Shown here: in pieces, positions 20,344 to 34,345 of the stretch
How positions within the stretch are numbered: position 1 is the first letter of the stretch
How the letters are laid out: each line of letters begins with the position of its first letter
NCBI GenBank assembly: GCA_902606115.1
Contig: CACLFM010000006.1
Span: forward strand, 453 to 64,452
Origin: an uncultured Pelagibacteraceae bacterium
Lineage (GTDB): Bacteria > Pseudomonadota > Alphaproteobacteria > Pelagibacterales > Pelagibacteraceae
Length of the DNA stretch: 64,000 bases
Direction: 5' to 3'
Made by a program: the position numbers and the translations under genes
The notes under the pieces: generated by a model
Told to the model about the DNA's origin: nothing
What the model saw: the letters and a program-made list of their open reading frames with translations, nothing else
The model's database searches: none

Positions 20344-22110
20344 ATGTCAAAATTATATACTGGTGCAGAAATTGTCTTTAAATGTATGGAAGACCAAAAA
20401 GTCGAATTTATTTTCGGATATCCAGGCGGTGCTGTATTGCCAATTTATGATGAACTAAAAAATCATGAGAGCATTAAACACATATTAGCAAGACATGAAC
20501 AAGGAGCGGGACATGCTGCAGAAGGCTATGCAAGATCATGTGGAAAAGCAGGCGTTGTCTTAGTTACATCTGGTCCAGGTGCAACAAATGTAGTAACTGC
20601 TTTAACAGATGCTTACATGGATTCGATACCATTAGTTTGCATTTCAGGTCAAGTTCCAACACATTTAATAGGTACAGACGCATTTCAAGAATGCGATACA
20701 ACAGGAATAACAAGACCATGCACTAAACATAATTGGTTAGTAAAAGATGTTAAAGATTTAGCAAAAACAATTCATAAAGCTTTCGAGGTGGCTACAACTG
20801 GTAGACCAGGACCAGTTCTAGTTGATATTCCAAAAGATATTCAATTTCAAAAAACAAAATATACAAATATTAAAAAACAAAAAAAACTTAATGGGAAAAC
20901 AAATAATAAATTTTCACAAAAAGATATAGAAAAACTCGTTGAAATGATGGGCAAAGCAAAACAACCTATTTTTTATACAGGTGGCGGTGTAATTAATTCT
21001 GGTCCTAAGGCAAGTGAGCACTTAAGAGAATTAGTTTCAATAACTGGTTTTCCGATAACCTCTACACTTCAAGGTCTAGGTTCCTTCCCAGGAGACGATA
21101 TTCAGTTTTTAGGAATGTTGGGTATGCATGGAACTTATGAAGCAAATAATGCAATGCATGATTGTGATCTTATGATTAACATCGGTGCAAGATTTGACGA
21201 TAGAATAACTGGAAAAATCGATGAGTTTTCTCCTAAATCTAAAAAAGTTCATATAGATATTGACCCATCTTCAATAAATAAAAATGTAAAAGTAGATTTA
21301 CCAATTGTTGGCGATGTTTCGGATGTTATATCTTCATTAATTAAAACAATTAAGAAAAATAAACTAAATTTTATAAAATCTAATAAAGAAAATATCTCTA
21401 AATGGTGGGAGCAAATTGCAAAATGGAGATCTGTTAATTCTTTAAGCTTTATTAATAGTGACAAAACAATAAAGCCCCAATATGCAATACAAAGACTTTA
21501 CGAATTGACAAAAAATAAAGATACATTTATTACAACTGAGGTTGGGCAGCATCAAATGTGGGCAGCTCAACACTATAAATTTAATAAACCAAATAGATGG
21601 ATGACCTCGGGCGGTTTAGGGACAATGGGTTATGGATTACCAGCAGCGGTAGGAGTACAAATAGCACATCCTAATAAATTAGTAGTTGATATTGCCGGTG
21701 AAGCTTCAGTGCTTATGACTATGCAAGAGATGTCGACTGCTGTTCAGTATAATTTACCGATAAAAATTTTTATATTAAATAATGAATATATGGGAATGGT
21801 TCGACAATGGCAGGAACTACTTCATGAAAAGAATTATTCTGAAAGCTATACAGCAGCCCTTCCAGATTTTGTAAAACTTGCAGAGGCTTATGGATGTGTT
21901 GGAATTAGAGCTAAAACACCAGATGAATTAGATCAAAAAATTCAAGAAATGATTAATGTAAAAAAACCAGTAATATTTGATTGTTTGGTCGATAAAGAAG
22001 AGAATTGTTTTCCAATGATCCCATCGGGTAAACCTCATAATCAAATGTTGTTGGGACCTAATGATCAAAAAGAAAATAAAATTACTGGAAAAGGAAAAAC
22101 TCTTGTTTAA
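20344..22110 (+). CDS. ilvB: Acetolactate synthase large subunit
   Basis: FGYPGGAVLP, RHEQGAGH, TSGPGATN, DAFQE, GMLGMHG, SGGLGTMG, GMVRQWQ. Confidence 0.96.
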   Translation: MSKLYTGAEIVFKCMEDQKVEFIFGYPGGAVLPIYDELKNHESIKHILARHEQGAGHAAEGYARSCGKAGVVLVTSGPGATNVVTALTDAYMDSIPLVCISGQVPTHLIGTDAFQECDTTGITRPCTKHNWLVKDVKDLAKTIHKAFEVATTGRPGPVLVDIPKDIQFQKTKYTNIKKQKKLNGKTNNKFSQKDIEKLVEMMGKAKQPIFYTGGGVINSGPKASEHLRELVSITGFPITSTLQGLGSFPGDDIQFLGMLGMHGTYEANNAMHDCDLMINIGARFDDRITGKIDEFSPKSKKVHIDIDPSSINKNVKVDLPIVGDVSDVISSLIKTIKKNKLNFIKSNKENISKWWEQIAKWRSVNSLSFINSDKTIKPQYAIQRLYELTKNKDTFITTEVGQHQMWAAQHYKFNKPNRWMTSGGLGTMGYGLPAAVGVQIAHPNKLVVDIAGEASVLMTMQEMSTAVQYNLPIKIFILNNEYMGMVRQWQELLHEKNYSESYTAALPDFVKLAEAYGCVGIRAKTPDELDQKIQEMINVKKPVIFDCLVDKEENCFPMIPSGKPHNQMLLGPNDQKENKITGKGKTLV

Positions 22111-22658
22111 TGACTAAATCAAAATCAGCATATAGTGATCCTGGCAAAAAAGGTAAATTAGATACTCATATAATTGTGGTTTGGGTGGATAATGAAGCTG
22201 GTGTTTTGGCAAGAGTGGTAGGTCTCTTCTCTGGAAGAGGTTATAATATAGAGTCATTAGCAGTTGCAGAAGTGGATCTCAAGAAGGGAATATCAAGAAT
22301 TACAATTGTAACTACTGGTACACCCCAAGTAATAGAGCAAATAAAATTACAATTGGGTAAATTAGTGCCAGTACATAAAGTTGCTAATTTCATGAGAGGA
22401 GATAAAAAAATTATTTTCAAAGAAATGGCATTGTTAAAGATAGTTGCTGACTCTTCAAAAAGAAATAAAGTAATAAAGATTTGCAAAAAATTTAATCCAG
22501 TAGTATTAGACAAAACTCAAAAATCAGTTGTTCTTCAAATAACTGCATTAAGACGAGAAATAGATATGATGATGGGAGATTTAAAAAAATTTGGATTAGT
22601 GAGTGTATCAAGAACCGGTGCAGTAGCTATGACAAGAGGTTCAGAGGTTTTCAAATAA
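22110..22658 (+). CDS. ilvH: Acetolactate synthase small (regulatory) subunit
   Basis: ACT domain VDNEAGVLARVVGLFSGRGYNIESL; RTG near the C-terminus. Confidence 0.95.
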   Translation: MTKSKSAYSDPGKKGKLDTHIIVVWVDNEAGVLARVVGLFSGRGYNIESLAVAEVDLKKGISRITIVTTGTPQVIEQIKLQLGKLVPVHKVANFMRGDKKIIFKEMALLKIVADSSKRNKVIKICKKFNPVVLDKTQKSVVLQITALRREIDMMMGDLKKFGLVSVSRTGAVAMTRGSEVFK

Positions 22659-23693
<1,035 letters not shown>

Positions 23694-23783
23694 AAATAAC
23701 AAGATATAAAACCCATAATTGACTATTTTGTTTTGCAATCTCTGCTAGAGATTGTATTATTCAAAAAAATAATTAACAAAATT

Positions 23784-26394
<2,611 letters not shown>

Positions 26395-26403
26395 GATAAT
26401 AAA

Positions 26404-27252
26404 ATGGAAACTAACAGAGATGATTTCATAATTGCAATCAGATCTGCCTTTTTAAAAAAAGGAACCAAACAGAGATTTTCACTTGTTGTTTTAATATTTT
26501 TTTCTTTAACAATTTTATTTTTAGGCAAGTATGATTTTAAAGGTATAAATATTTTAAAATCAGGATTAAATGAATTTGTTTACCGTTCTACATTTATAAT
26601 TTCTATACCAGAAAATTTTGTTAAGAATACTTACAATTTAACTTTATCACATATAAATTTATATAATGATCACAAAAAGCTCAAAAAAGATTTTAATACT
26701 TTACAAGCTGAAAGCTTAAATAATGATTTTATAATTTCTGAAAATAAAATACTGAGGTCTAAAATTGAGGACATTGTTGATGTTTCCTCAGAAATTTTAG
26801 CGAAAGTATTAGTAGATAAACAAAGTCCTTTTTTGAAGTCTGTAATAGTTAATAGAGGAAGTAAACACAAAGTTAAATTGGGAATGGCAGTCTTAGATGG
26901 TGAATTTTTAATCGGTAAAGTTGTAGAAGTTAATTATCGAACTTCGAGAGTATTATTATTATCTGATCTAAATAGCAAAGTACCAGTTTCAATTGAACCT
27001 AATAGCATACAATCAATTTTAACAGGTACCGGTCAAAACGTGGGTAAACTTCAATATACACAATTAGATAACCTTGATTTAAAGAAGGGTGATCAAATTT
27101 ACTCTTCTGGCTCCGGTGGAATATTTAAATCAGGAATACCAATCGGTAAAATAAATTTTATAGATGATAACAATGAGAGCTACGTTTTATTTCATTCAAA
27201 TTTTTCACAGTTAAGGTTGGTAAAAATAGTTTTATATGAAAATCTAGATTAA
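26404..27252 (+). CDS. mreC: Rod shape-determining protein MreC
   Basis: TM plus coiled coil (EN..LR), SRVLLLSD..S, SG.GGIF..GIPIG; follows mreB. Confidence 0.93.
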   Translation: METNRDDFIIAIRSAFLKKGTKQRFSLVVLIFFSLTILFLGKYDFKGINILKSGLNEFVYRSTFIISIPENFVKNTYNLTLSHINLYNDHKKLKKDFNTLQAESLNNDFIISENKILRSKIEDIVDVSSEILAKVLVDKQSPFLKSVIVNRGSKHKVKLGMAVLDGEFLIGKVVEVNYRTSRVLLLSDLNSKVPVSIEPNSIQSILTGTGQNVGKLQYTQLDNLDLKKGDQIYSSGSGGIFKSGIPIGKINFIDDNNESYVLFHSNFSQLRLVKIVLYENLD

Positions 27253-27256
27253 ATTT

Positions 27257-27769
27257 ATGGCTTTATCAAAATTACCTATTTCAAGAAAAATTTTATCATT
27301 AGGCCCAATATTGTTGCTTTATATATCAGTTTTAAATGAGTTTGATTTTAATTATTTAAATTTCAAATATTTCTCATTTAATTTTCCATACATATTAATT
27401 TTTTATTGGAGTTTAAAAGGTGAGGGTAGATTAAGTTATGTGCTAGTATTTATTGCCGGACTTATTAACGATGTTGTAATTGGCCTGCCAATAGGTATCA
27501 GCAGTTTGACATATTTGTTGATATGTGGCTTTGCAGTATATCTAAGGAATATTACTTTAAGACCAAGTCTTGTAAAAGATTGGTTTTTTTTCTTTTTTAC
27601 TATTTTGGTAACAAGTTCATTTTTTTATTCAATAATAGTAATTTTTTTCAATGTTAAGGTAAATTATTATAATTTACTATTTAATGTATTATATACTTTC
27701 TTATTCTATTATTTTTTTTCATATATATTTGGTTATTATCTAAATTTACTTAGAAGAACAAATGATTAA
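27257..27769 (+). CDS. mreD: Rod shape-determining protein MreD
   Basis: Polytopic membrane protein with GLINDV..GLP.G motif, between mreC and mrdA. Confidence 0.88.
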   Translation: MALSKLPISRKILSLGPILLLYISVLNEFDFNYLNFKYFSFNFPYILIFYWSLKGEGRLSYVLVFIAGLINDVVIGLPIGISSLTYLLICGFAVYLRNITLRPSLVKDWFFFFFTILVTSSFFYSIIVIFFNVKVNYYNLLFNVLYTFLFYYFFSYIFGYYLNLLRRTND

Positions 27770-29741
27770 CAGTGGATCAGATACTAGTTACAGAAAACAA
27801 AGTGTAGTCAACAGAAGAATGTTTATTTTGTCTGCTGCAAAATTATTTGTATTTGGAGGAATAGTTGCTAAATTATTTTCACTTCAAATAAATCAAAATA
27901 AAAAATATTTAACACTTTCAGATAAAAACCGCCTAAGAGAGTGGAAGCTTCCACCTATTAGAGGAGATTTTCAAGATTTTTTTGGTAATACAATCGCTGG
28001 TAATTTAAAAGTTTATCAGCTTCATATAATCCCAGAACAGGTAGAAAATTTTAATAACTTAATTATCAGAGTAAAGGATATAATAGAATTAGATCAAAAA
28101 TCACTAAATAAGATTATCAAAAAAAAAAATTCCCAAAAACCATGGGAAACACTAATAGTTTCAGAGAATTTGACATGGGATCAATTTGTAAAAATAAATT
28201 TTTATTTGCACGAACTATCAGGAGTTAAACCAGTTTTATCTGTATCAAGAAATTATCCATACAATGAAAATTATACTCATTTATTGGGTTATGTTGCTCA
28301 AGCAAGTTCAAGTGATCTTCTTAAAAATGATGAAATAAAGAAAAAACATGTACCCGGTTTAAGAGTCGGAAAAATTGGTTTAGAGAAATCCTTAGAAAAT
28401 GATTTAATCGGCATGAATGGTGTTCAACGATATGAAGTGAACGCTTACGGTAAAAGAATTAACCAAATTGACCATATTGAGGGTAAAAAAGGTCAATCTA
28501 TAAAACTTACAGTCGATACCAAAATTCAACAGAAATGTAACGAACTTTTAAAAGACAAGGCGGGCTCAATAAGTGTAATGGATATATTTACTGGTGAAAT
28601 TCTTGCAATGCATTCTTCCCCATCTTTTGATCCAAACTTATTTTTATATGGAATAAGTTATGAAAATTGGGAAAATATTTTGAATGATCCACAAAAACCA
28701 CTTATAAACAGATCAATTACGGGATTATATCCTCCGGGTTCTACAATAAAACCAATAGTTGCTCTCTCTGCGTTAGAGAACAATATTATTTCTCCAAAAT
28801 TTAAAGTTAATTGTACTGGAAAAATCGAAATGTATGGACAAACATATAATTGTTGGAAAAAAAAAGGCCATGGAGTTGTTAATCTTAGAGATGCTTTAAA
28901 AGTTTCATGTGATACTTTTTTTTATGAAATGTCCAGAAGACTTGGTGTTGATCGCCTGAATGAAACTGCAAAAAAATTTGGGTTAGGAAATAAGGTTTTT
29001 AAAAATATTTTTAATGAGGAAAAAATTGGTTTAATTCCTTCAACAGAGTGGAAAAAAAATGCTTTAGGAAAAAGTTGGGTTTTGGGTGAAACACTAATAA
29101 CAGGAATTGGTCAAGGCTATATTCAAACTACACCTTTGCAACTATGTTTAATGACCGCTCAACTAGCTAATGGTGGTTTTAAAATAGATCCAAAAATAAT
29201 TGTTAACAATAATGATCCAACTGTCAGTCAAATAAAATCGATAATGGCTGAAAATTTGGAACAAAAAATACAAGGTCCTGATTTTGATGACGCCTTATTA
29301 GATTCAAAAATTTCAACTTCTAAAAGTGGAAATTTACATAAGCCTCTGTTTAGAAACCAAGAGAATGTGAAATTTGTTTTAGATGCTATGTTTGCTTCTA
29401 CAAATGAGATAAGAGGTACTTCATACTCTTCGAGAATTATAGAGGAAAAATATCAGTTTGCAGGAAAAACTGGAACATCTCAGGTGAAAAGAATAACTGA
29501 AGCTCAGAGAGAACTAGATTTAGATATTTCACAAATACCATACAAGGATAGAGATCATGCACTTTATATTGCTTTTGGACCATATAAAAATCCGAGATAT
29601 GCAATGAGCATTTTGATAGAGCACGGTGGTTCAGGTGGATCAGCTGCAGCACCTTTAGCTAAAAAACTGTTTAAACTTGTAATAGACAGACATGATCAAA
29701 GAGAGAAAATTAAACAAAATAACAAAAATTTAAAAATATAA
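27762..29741 (+). CDS. mrdA: Penicillin-binding protein 2
   Basis: YPPGSTIK (SxxK), SCD (SxD), AGKTGTSQV (KTG). Confidence 0.96.
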   Translation: MINSGSDTSYRKQSVVNRRMFILSAAKLFVFGGIVAKLFSLQINQNKKYLTLSDKNRLREWKLPPIRGDFQDFFGNTIAGNLKVYQLHIIPEQVENFNNLIIRVKDIIELDQKSLNKIIKKKNSQKPWETLIVSENLTWDQFVKINFYLHELSGVKPVLSVSRNYPYNENYTHLLGYVAQASSSDLLKNDEIKKKHVPGLRVGKIGLEKSLENDLIGMNGVQRYEVNAYGKRINQIDHIEGKKGQSIKLTVDTKIQQKCNELLKDKAGSISVMDIFTGEILAMHSSPSFDPNLFLYGISYENWENILNDPQKPLINRSITGLYPPGSTIKPIVALSALENNIISPKFKVNCTGKIEMYGQTYNCWKKKGHGVVNLRDALKVSCDTFFYEMSRRLGVDRLNETAKKFGLGNKVFKNIFNEEKIGLIPSTEWKKNALGKSWVLGETLITGIGQGYIQTTPLQLCLMTAQLANGGFKIDPKIIVNNNDPTVSQIKSIMAENLEQKIQGPDFDDALLDSKISTSKSGNLHKPLFRNQENVKFVLDAMFASTNEIRGTSYSSRIIEEKYQFAGKTGTSQVKRITEAQRELDLDISQIPYKDRDHALYIAFGPYKNPRYAMSILIEHGGSGGSAAAPLAKKLFKLVIDRHDQREKIKQNNKNLKI

Positions 29742-30865
29742 TGTTTCAAGAAACAGCACTAAGTGGGCAAATTACTTTTTTTCAAAAATTGAGATCATTA
29801 GATTATATTTTGTTATTATGCATATTAATTCTTGGACTTGTTAGTTCTTTATCTATGTATTCAACAGAGGGTGGTGAAATTCTTTATCATACAAAAAGTC
29901 ATGTTTTAAGGTTTTTAGTATTCTTTTCTATGATGCTTATATTTTCTTTTGTAGATTTAAAATTTTGGCATTCAACAGGTTACTTATTTTATTTTACAGT
30001 TTTATGTTTATTAATTTGGGCATCCTTGTATGGCGTGAAAGCCTCTGGCTCCCAGCGATGGGTAGATCTATATTTTATTAATCTTCAACCGTCAGAATTA
30101 ATGAAAGTTGCAATAATAATGTGTTTTGCAAAATATTATCATAGGACACAAATCCATTTAGTAAATAATTTTAAAAACTTAATAATTCCAATTGTTGTAT
30201 TAATTTTACCTATTCTATTAGTTATTAGTCAACCAGATTTAGGAACCTCGATTTTAATTGGTTTAAGTGGTTTAGTTGTTTTGTGGTTGTCAGGTGTAAA
30301 TGTAAAATACTTTATATATTCCTCACTAATTTTATTAATATCTTTACCATTTGTAATATCATTTTTGAAACCATATCAAAAATTAAGAATATTAACTTTT
30401 TTTAACCCAGACAGAGATCCTCTAGGCGCGGGATACCAAATAATACAATCAAAAATTGCTGTCGGTTCAGGGGGATTATCAGGAAAGGGTTTTCTAAAAG
30501 GAACACAAAGTTATTTAGATTTTTTACCAGAAAAACATACAGATTTTATATTTACTCTTTTTTCAGAGGAGCATGGATTTATCGGTTCTGTTCTTTTACT
30601 TTTGTTATATGCAATTATAATTTATAGAACAGCAAGGATTGGAGCATCAGCAAGAAGCTTTTTTGGAAAATTATTTTGTTATGGATTTGCATCATCTATA
30701 TTTATTTTTGTCACTGTAAATATGAGTATGGTATTAGGACTACTTCCAATTGTGGGGTCTCCTCTACCCATCATGTCATATGGTGGATCGTCTATGTTAG
30801 CTACCATGATTGGTTTTAGTGTTGTAATGAGTACAAAAATTTATCAAAAAAAGATCATTGCTTAA
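29741..30865 (+). CDS. rodA: SEDS peptidoglycan polymerase RodA
   Basis: QPSE.MK, QPDLGT, GYQIIQS.IA.GSGG, LPEKHTDFIF, SYGGSS. Confidence 0.96.
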   Translation: MFQETALSGQITFFQKLRSLDYILLLCILILGLVSSLSMYSTEGGEILYHTKSHVLRFLVFFSMMLIFSFVDLKFWHSTGYLFYFTVLCLLIWASLYGVKASGSQRWVDLYFINLQPSELMKVAIIMCFAKYYHRTQIHLVNNFKNLIIPIVVLILPILLVISQPDLGTSILIGLSGLVVLWLSGVNVKYFIYSSLILLISLPFVISFLKPYQKLRILTFFNPDRDPLGAGYQIIQSKIAVGSGGLSGKGFLKGTQSYLDFLPEKHTDFIFTLFSEEHGFIGSVLLLLLYAIIIYRTARIGASARSFFGKLFCYGFASSIFIFVTVNMSMVLGLLPIVGSPLPIMSYGGSSMLATMIGFSVVMSTKIYQKKIIA

Positions 30866-30908
30866 TTTGTCGCGATAATTTTTTTTTTTCATGATGTAAG
30901 TTGCTTAA

Positions 30909-32153
30909 ATGGCTAAAAGTGAAATAGCAATTATAGGAGCTGGTATTCAAGGTATTTGTAATGCTTTATTTCTACAAAAAAAAGGAATTGAAGTAACCTT
31001 GTTTGATAAAGATGAACCAGGATGTTCAGCATCTTATGGAAATGCAGGTCATTTCTCCCCCTATGCCTCACTTCAATTAAATAGATCTGACGTTTTGTCA
31101 GATGTTCCTGCTATGCTATTAAGCAGTAGAGGACCATTAGCTTTAAGATGGAATTATTTTGTTAAAATGATCCCATGGTTTTCAAAATATGTGATGAGTT
31201 GTTCTGAAAAAAAAATGATGCATACAGCTAAATATATGCATCAAATTTTAGATATATCTCTAAATGCTTACGATGAATTATTTGCTGATATCAATTTAGA
31301 TGGTCTTGTTGAAAATGAAGGTATTATGTACGTATGGGAAAAAAAAGGAATAAAAAGCAGACAAATTGAAATTAATATTCGAGAAAAATTAGGTGTTAAA
31401 CAAAAAATTTTAAATCCTAAAGATGTTCATGATTTAGAACCAAATTTAAAACCATTTTATGATGGAGGAGTTTTTTATGAATATGCAAGACATGCAAGAA
31501 ATCCAAAAAAAATCATTGATAAACTATTTGCAGACTTTATAAAAAAAGGTGGAAAGTTTAAAAAAATTAATATCAATAACATCGATTTTAAAGATCAAAA
31601 ACCAATTTTAATTACTGAAAATGATAGATTGTTATTTGATAAAGTTGTTATTGCTTGTGGAGCATTCTCAAAAAAACTTACAGATAAATTAAATGAAAAA
31701 ATTCCATTGGATACTGAAAGAGGATATCATGTTCATTTTAAAAATTACTCTAATTTGTTATCAAGGCCAGTTGTTTGGGCGGATAGAGGTTTTGGTATTA
31801 CTCCAATGGAACAAGGATTGAGAGTTGTAGGAACAGTGGAATTTGGAGGTTTAGAAAATCCTTTGTCTAAATCAAGAATTAAAAATTTGATTTTAAATGC
31901 AAAAGATATGTTAAATGGTTTGCCAGAAAATGAAGACCATGAAGATGAATGGCTGGGTTTCAGGCCAACTTTACCTGATTTTCTTCCTGTAATTGGTAAA
32001 TCAAAAAATTATAACAATGTTTATTATTCATTTGGTCATCATCATTTAGGATGGACATTAGGTGCGATTTCAGGGAAGATAGTCTCAAAAATGATTCTTG
32101 GTGAAAAAACTAATTTAGATTTATCTCCATATAGTTCATCAAGATTTAATTAA
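30909..32153 (+). CDS. FAD-dependent D-amino acid dehydrogenase-like oxidoreductase (DadA family)
   Basis: GAGIQG, ASYGNAG, ERGYH, W.GFRPTLPD.LPVIG, FGHHHLGWT. Confidence 0.85.
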   Translation: MAKSEIAIIGAGIQGICNALFLQKKGIEVTLFDKDEPGCSASYGNAGHFSPYASLQLNRSDVLSDVPAMLLSSRGPLALRWNYFVKMIPWFSKYVMSCSEKKMMHTAKYMHQILDISLNAYDELFADINLDGLVENEGIMYVWEKKGIKSRQIEINIREKLGVKQKILNPKDVHDLEPNLKPFYDGGVFYEYARHARNPKKIIDKLFADFIKKGGKFKKININNIDFKDQKPILITENDRLLFDKVVIACGAFSKKLTDKLNEKIPLDTERGYHVHFKNYSNLLSRPVVWADRGFGITPMEQGLRVVGTVEFGGLENPLSKSRIKNLILNAKDMLNGLPENEDHEDEWLGFRPTLPDFLPVIGKSKNYNNVYYSFGHHHLGWTLGAISGKIVSKMILGEKTNLDLSPYSSSRFN

Positions 32154-32161
32154 GGATCAAT

Positions 32162-33055
32162 TTGTCAAAAAATTACTTAGCTTATACTTTGCTTGTATTT
32201 GCTACATTTTGTTGGTCGGGAAATTTTATTGTAGGTAAATTTGCTTATTTAAATGAAGTACCCCCTTTAACTCTAAATTTTTTTAGATGGATTTCAGTCT
32301 GGATAATATTAATTCCATTTACATATAAAGAAATTTATTACAATTGGAATTATATTAAAAAAAATTTGCTTGTAATAAGTTTTATGGGATTAATGACAAT
32401 AAGTACATTTAACTCTGTGGTATATTTTGCATTAAACTATACTCAAGTAATTAATGTAGCTTTAGTTCTAGCGGCTATTCCAGCAGTAACAATAATTTTT
32501 TCATCATTCATGAAGGTAGATAAAACCAATATTTTTCAATTAATTGGATTATTTTTATCAGTTATAGGAATTAGCGCAATTATTTCTAACGCAGATATAA
32601 ATAAAATTCTATCTTTAAATTTTAACAAAGGTGATCTTTGGATGTTGGTTTGTGTTATGTGTTGGTCGCTTTATTCGACATTACTCAAAAAGTATAGTTT
32701 TAAATTTTCACAATTTACATTAATACAATTAATGGTTTCGGTTGGAATTATATTTTTAATACCACAATTTTTTTATGAAAAGTCAATTGGTCTAGAAACA
32801 AATTTTAACACATCATTTTTTATTATTCTTTTTTATGTAGTAATGTTCCCAGCGCTAGCTGCCTATTATTGTTGGCAGAAGGGGATCGAAATAGTAGGAC
32901 CAAACCGAGCTACAATGTTCATACAATTAATGCCATTATTAAGTGCAGTGTTAGCAATTTTAATATTTCAAGAAAAATTTGAACCATATCACTTTATAGG
33001 AGCTTCATTTATTCTCTCAGGTATTTATTTATCAAACAAAAAAATTGTAAGATGA
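32162..33055 (+). CDS. DMT/EamA family transporter
   Basis: WSGNFIVGK, two EamA repeats, about 10 TM; TTG start. Confidence 0.9.
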   Translation: MSKNYLAYTLLVFATFCWSGNFIVGKFAYLNEVPPLTLNFFRWISVWIILIPFTYKEIYYNWNYIKKNLLVISFMGLMTISTFNSVVYFALNYTQVINVALVLAAIPAVTIIFSSFMKVDKTNIFQLIGLFLSVIGISAIISNADINKILSLNFNKGDLWMLVCVMCWSLYSTLLKKYSFKFSQFTLIQLMVSVGIIFLIPQFFYEKSIGLETNFNTSFFIILFYVVMFPALAAYYCWQKGIEIVGPNRATMFIQLMPLLSAVLAILIFQEKFEPYHFIGASFILSGIYLSNKKIVR

Positions 33056-33945
33056 AATTACCAATTGTTAACCATGAGGATTATGTCGCAAAGATAAATG
33101 ATGATAATAAGTTCCCAATAAGAAAGTTTGGTGAACTTGCAAACTATTTAATGAAGCAAAAAGTAGTTGATAAATTTTACAAACCTGATTTCTGTTCTGA
33201 AGAGACTTTAAGTAGAGCACATTCTTTAGATTATATAAAAAGTATCAAAAAAAAAACTTTAGACACTAAATCTCAAAAAAAGATTGGCTTCCCAATAAAT
33301 GATAGCGTTGTGAATAGATCTTTTAGAGCTACAGGCGGAACTGTATTAGCAAGTAAGCTAGCGGTTGATCATCGAATTGCATGCAATACCGCAGGTGGTA
33401 GTCATCATGCAAGTTATAATGAAGGTGCTGGATATTGTGTGTTTAATGATGTGGCTGTAGCTGCTAAATATTTACAATCAAAAGGTTATGCTAAAAATAT
33501 ACTAGTAGTAGATCTTGACGTTCACCAAGGAAACGGAACATCAGAAATTTTTAAAAAAGATAGATCTGTTTTTACATTTAGTATGCATTGCAAGTCTAAT
33601 TATCCTGCAAAAAAAACAAATGGTGATTTAGATGTGGGCTTAGATGACAACGCTGAAGATGAAGAATATCTTAATAAACTTAAGGAAAATATTTTACAAT
33701 TAAATAAAGAAAATTATGACTTTGTATTTTATGTAGCAGGAGTTGACATACATTTAAACGATAGATTAGGTAAATTAAAAGTTTCTGAAGACGGAATTAA
33801 AAAAAGAGATGAAATGATAATAAATAATTTTTTTGAAAAAAATATTCCTATTTGTGGAGTTTTAGGTGGCGGCTATAATAAAGATTTTGAAACATTGGTA
33901 AGACTTCATGCTATATTACACAAAACTTGTGCTTCTATAATATGA
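33052..33945 (+). CDS. Histone deacetylase-family (Zn-dependent) deacylase
   Basis: GGSHHA, GYCVFNDVA, DLDVHQGNGT, AGVD...DRLG, GGGY. Confidence 0.92.
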   Translation: MKLPIVNHEDYVAKINDDNKFPIRKFGELANYLMKQKVVDKFYKPDFCSEETLSRAHSLDYIKSIKKKTLDTKSQKKIGFPINDSVVNRSFRATGGTVLASKLAVDHRIACNTAGGSHHASYNEGAGYCVFNDVAVAAKYLQSKGYAKNILVVDLDVHQGNGTSEIFKKDRSVFTFSMHCKSNYPAKKTNGDLDVGLDDNAEDEEYLNKLKENILQLNKENYDFVFYVAGVDIHLNDRLGKLKVSEDGIKKRDEMIINNFFEKNIPICGVLGGGYNKDFETLVRLHAILHKTCASII

Positions 33946-34310
33946 AAAAAAATCCTAATTTAACATCAGAGCAAAAATTAATTTTATTTGAGGAAGGAAC
34001 TGAAAGACCAGGATCTAGTGAATTAAATTTTGAAAAAAGAGAAGGAAGTTATCATTGCGCTAATTGTGATAAAAAACTTTTTGATTCGAAAAAGAAATAT
34101 GAGAGTGGTTCTGGATGGCCATCTTTTTTTGAGTCTTTACCAGATGCATTTGATACCAAAACAGACCATCATATTGGTTATGCAAGAACCGAATATCATT
34201 GTAAAAGTTGTGGTGGTCATCATGGTCACATATTTGAGGACGGGCCCAAACCTACTGGCAAAAGATACTGCAATAATGGTCTTTGCTTAGTATTTAAACT
34301 AAAAATTTAA
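33942..34310 (+). CDS. msrB: Peptide-methionine (R)-S-oxide reductase
   Basis: GTERP, CANC, SGSGWPSF, RTE..C..CGGH.GHIF.DGP, RYCNN. Start at ATG 33942. Confidence 0.95.
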   Translation: MKKNPNLTSEQKLILFEEGTERPGSSELNFEKREGSYHCANCDKKLFDSKKKYESGSGWPSFFESLPDAFDTKTDHHIGYARTEYHCKSCGGHHGHIFEDGPKPTGKRYCNNGLCLVFKLKI

Positions 34311-34345
34311 TTGTATAATTCTTAAAATTTAATTATTAAATAACA

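Noticed and set aside
30866-30881. ATTTGTCGC motif before the dadA-like gene, also found inverted before acnA, as a RegA/RegR-type site
   Set aside because: Only one half-site in each case; too weak to call.
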